A stretch of DNA of 64,000 nucleotides, taken from the human T2T-CHM13v2.0 reference genome, Homo sapiens. Each line of letters starts with the position of its first letter. The first letter of the stretch is position 1. A program made the translations under genes and the position numbers. The notes beneath the pieces were generated by a model, which ran no database searches, was not told the DNA's origin, and was given only the letters and a program-made list of their open reading frames with translations. Positions 61,494 through 64,000 of this stretch are shown one piece after another. The stretch lies in assembly GCF_009914755.1 (NCBI RefSeq), contig NC_060928.1, one strand, 5' to 3'.

Positions 61494-61809
61494 TTTTTTT
61501 TTTTTTTCTGAGACGGAGTCTTGCTCTGTCTGTCATCCAGGCTGGAGTGCAGTGCTGCGATCTCAGCTCACTGCAAGCTTCGCCTCCCAGGTTCATTGCC
61601 ATTCTCCTGCCTCAGCCTCCTGAGTAACTGGGACTACAGGTGTCCATCACCATGCCTGGCTAATTTTTTTTTTTTTTTTTTTTGTATTTTTAGTAGAGAC
61701 GGGGTTTCACTGTGTTAGCCAGGATGGTCTCGATCTCCTGACCTTGTGATCCGCCCGCCTCTGCCTCCCAAAGTGCTGGGATTATAGGCATGAGCCACTG
61801 CGCCCGGCC
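61494..61809 (-). mobile_element. AluY with expanded middle A-tract
   Basis: AluY diagnostics; TSD caattct(g/c)tct. Confidence 0.85.
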
Positions 61810-62352
61810 CAATTCTCTCTTTTTAAAAAAATGTTGGTCATATATTCAGATTGGCTAGCATTTGAGATTTCTTTAGTTTCCAAATAAAGCAGGGCTTTTT
61901 TCCTTACTCCATAAGGAACAACCCTCTAATGTTTCACATGATATGACATGTAGGATATGACAATATGACATCATGTTCTTTATCTGATTTATATAATCAA
62001 AAGGTTTTACAAATTTAAGTACTGATGGTGTCATACCATATAAGGAATAGATTTTTTTAAGCCTAAAATACCACCATGTAAAACAAGAATGATTCAACTA
62101 AGTGCGTGTATATTAAGGCAGCTTCCCTCCTTGCACTGCTACTGTGCTGTTGTATAAACAAATCACTGAAGGTACATCCCCAGGTGTCTCTGAGTTTGTT
62201 TGGGTTTGTCTTGTTAGTTCTTGCCTGGAGGTGTGCAATTGGTTTTCTCATTCTTAAGTTAGATTAAATTAAGAAAAACCTTTTTTAAGCAGTTTGAAAC
62301 TATGATAATGGAATGTTGATGTTAGTGGATTTTCTTTTTAATTCCCAAACAG

Positions 62353-62462
62353 AGCAACATTTTGCAGATGTTGTACTTAGTGAAGAATTTCTCAATCTTG
62401 GCATCGAACAAGTGTGCAGCTTAATCTCAAGTGACAAACTTACCATTTCTTCAGAAGAGAAG
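62353..62462 (+). CDS. KLHL2: KLHL2 internal coding exon (BACK domain): (E)QHFADVVLSEEFLNLGIEQVCSLISSDKLTISSEEK
   Basis: Acceptor aaacag ending 62352; donor AAG|gtaagg at 62463; 110 nt. Phase 1 completes the G|AG (Glu) codon from the previous exon. Confidence 0.95.
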
Positions 62463-63414
62463 GTAAGGATATTTTTCTTTTCCCAGTGTGCAATGATGTT
62501 TCCCTTTTTTTTTTTTTAATTTCACTTTTTTTTATAGCTTTGTGATCCTGTATGTGTAGTGACAGCCAGTGATGTTTCAACTGGAAGTTAAGAAACTCAG
62601 CTAGTTACTTCAGGAAAGGATTCCAGGAGAAAAAAAAGAAACTCAGGACTTGTTGATTGTCTATGTAAATTACTCCCGGTCTTCACTTTGTGGGAGGTTC
62701 CCTAAATTTTTAGCCACTACAGTTTTGTACTTGACCTCCACAGCAAGAGCTTGCACACATTAGACTATCTGAAACAAATGCTTTTTTGGAAACTAGTTTC
62801 TTCCTACAACTCAATGCCTGTAGGAATTATGATGTGAACATAATATTTGTCACTAAATTAGTTTCCTTGTCTTCTGAGTTGAAAGAGGTTACCTAGGATG
62901 GCGAAGTTTTGGTAGTTCTAGACTGAACATTCTTGATTGTCACCTTCCTTTAGATTGATTTCCTGTGACATAATACCTCACCCCTGCCAGTCCGTTCAGC
63001 CTGCCTGCCTCCCTGACTCTCTCCCTCCCTGCCTCCCTCCCTCTCTGTGCAGCTACTGCTTCTGGTTGTAGTCTTTTGTCTCTCCACGTTTTGAATTACC
63101 TTTGTCAGCCACCTGCACTTTTCGTATAGTTGGAGAGAGAAGCTCCTTTTAGTGGGCTGTTTTTCCTTGGGTGGGTTTTGTAGCACACGGGAATCAGAGC
63201 ACAAAAGCTGTGCTTAGAGGAAATGAAACTTGAGTTTCTCCTTTGTGTGCTTAGCATTTCAAGTTGTGTAAATTCTGATTCTCTTTCTCAAGGCTATTCA
63301 TTTCACCTGGGGTTAAAGACACATTTACTCTAATATTTACAGTATTAAAAAATGTGAAAGCATTTGTGACATATATAATCTTAGCATCCTAGAAATACAG
63401 AGGAAGATGACATT

Positions 63415-64000
63415 ACTTTCACACTTAATAGACATGTATTGAGTGCCTTCCATGTACCAGACACTGCCATGGGCTCCTAGAGAAGAGAAGATTAGCAGAA
63501 TAGAATTTGTTACTCATAGACTAGTGGGACAGCCAGTAGAGTAAATAATTGATTACAGAATGCTGTAAAGGGTGCCTTAGGAGCATTTAACTTTTCCAGG
63601 AATGGGATAGGTATGGGGATGGTAGTTCAACTTGGTTCAGATGTATATTTCAAGTCTTTTAAAAATGAGTCTGAGTTTGCCAGAGAAATAGGGATGGGTG
63701 GGAATGCAGAGGGCATTCCAGGTAGAAGAAGCAGAATATACAAATGTAAAGAGATATGAAAGAGTAATTGTATTCAATGTGTTCAGTATGATGGGAGTTT
63801 AGAATATGAGACATTGGTGGAAGATAAAATTAGAAGATGATATAATAAAATATCTTCTCAGCTATGTTAAAGAAAATTAACTGTATTGTAGTGATGAGCC
63901 TTAAAAGGGTTTTAAGCCAGAGGAGAAAACCATGCCAAAACCTGCATTATAGAAATATCATGAGGGCTGTTCTGGTTTTCTGCTGCTACTCAAGTCATTG
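63415..64000 (-). mobile_element. L2 fragment
   Basis: gtattgagtgccttccatgtaccagacactg, agagggcattccaggtagaagaagcag; boundaries approximate. Confidence 0.55.

Overview
Human (primate) genomic DNA: an AluYa5 matching the consensus I recall points to human. The window is the middle of KLHL2 (Kelch-like 2/Mayven, + strand) and holds three internal coding exons of the BTB-BACK region (6766-6887, 31185-31347, 62353-62462) that splice in frame. The 31-kb intron after the second exon is a non-canonical GC-AG intron. It hosts, antisense, an intact intronless glycerol kinase retrogene (GK3/GK3P, 553 aa) with 5'UTR, 3'UTR, poly(A) and target-site duplication (TSD). The same intron holds a complete THE1 LTR element oriented toward the retrogene, a solo THE1 LTR, and a 5.3-kb L1PA nested in an older L1PB. 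The rest is Alu, L1M, L2, MIR, MER2 and MLT/LTR repeats, microsatellites and two tailless snRNA retrocopies (U4, U2). I see no evidence of a wholly new gene system. The best leads are: (1) the intact GK3 retrogene with a CpG-rich leader and an upstream LTR promoter candidate; (2) an apparently endonuclease-independent L1 insertion with a fold-back junction; (3) microhomology-primed snRNA retrocopies; (4) Alu insertions at the identical base of two MER2 copies; (5) unusual KLHL2 splice signals; (6) several unexplained hairpins and duplications. Repeat subfamily names and gene identities come from recalled consensus and protein sequences, not from a search.
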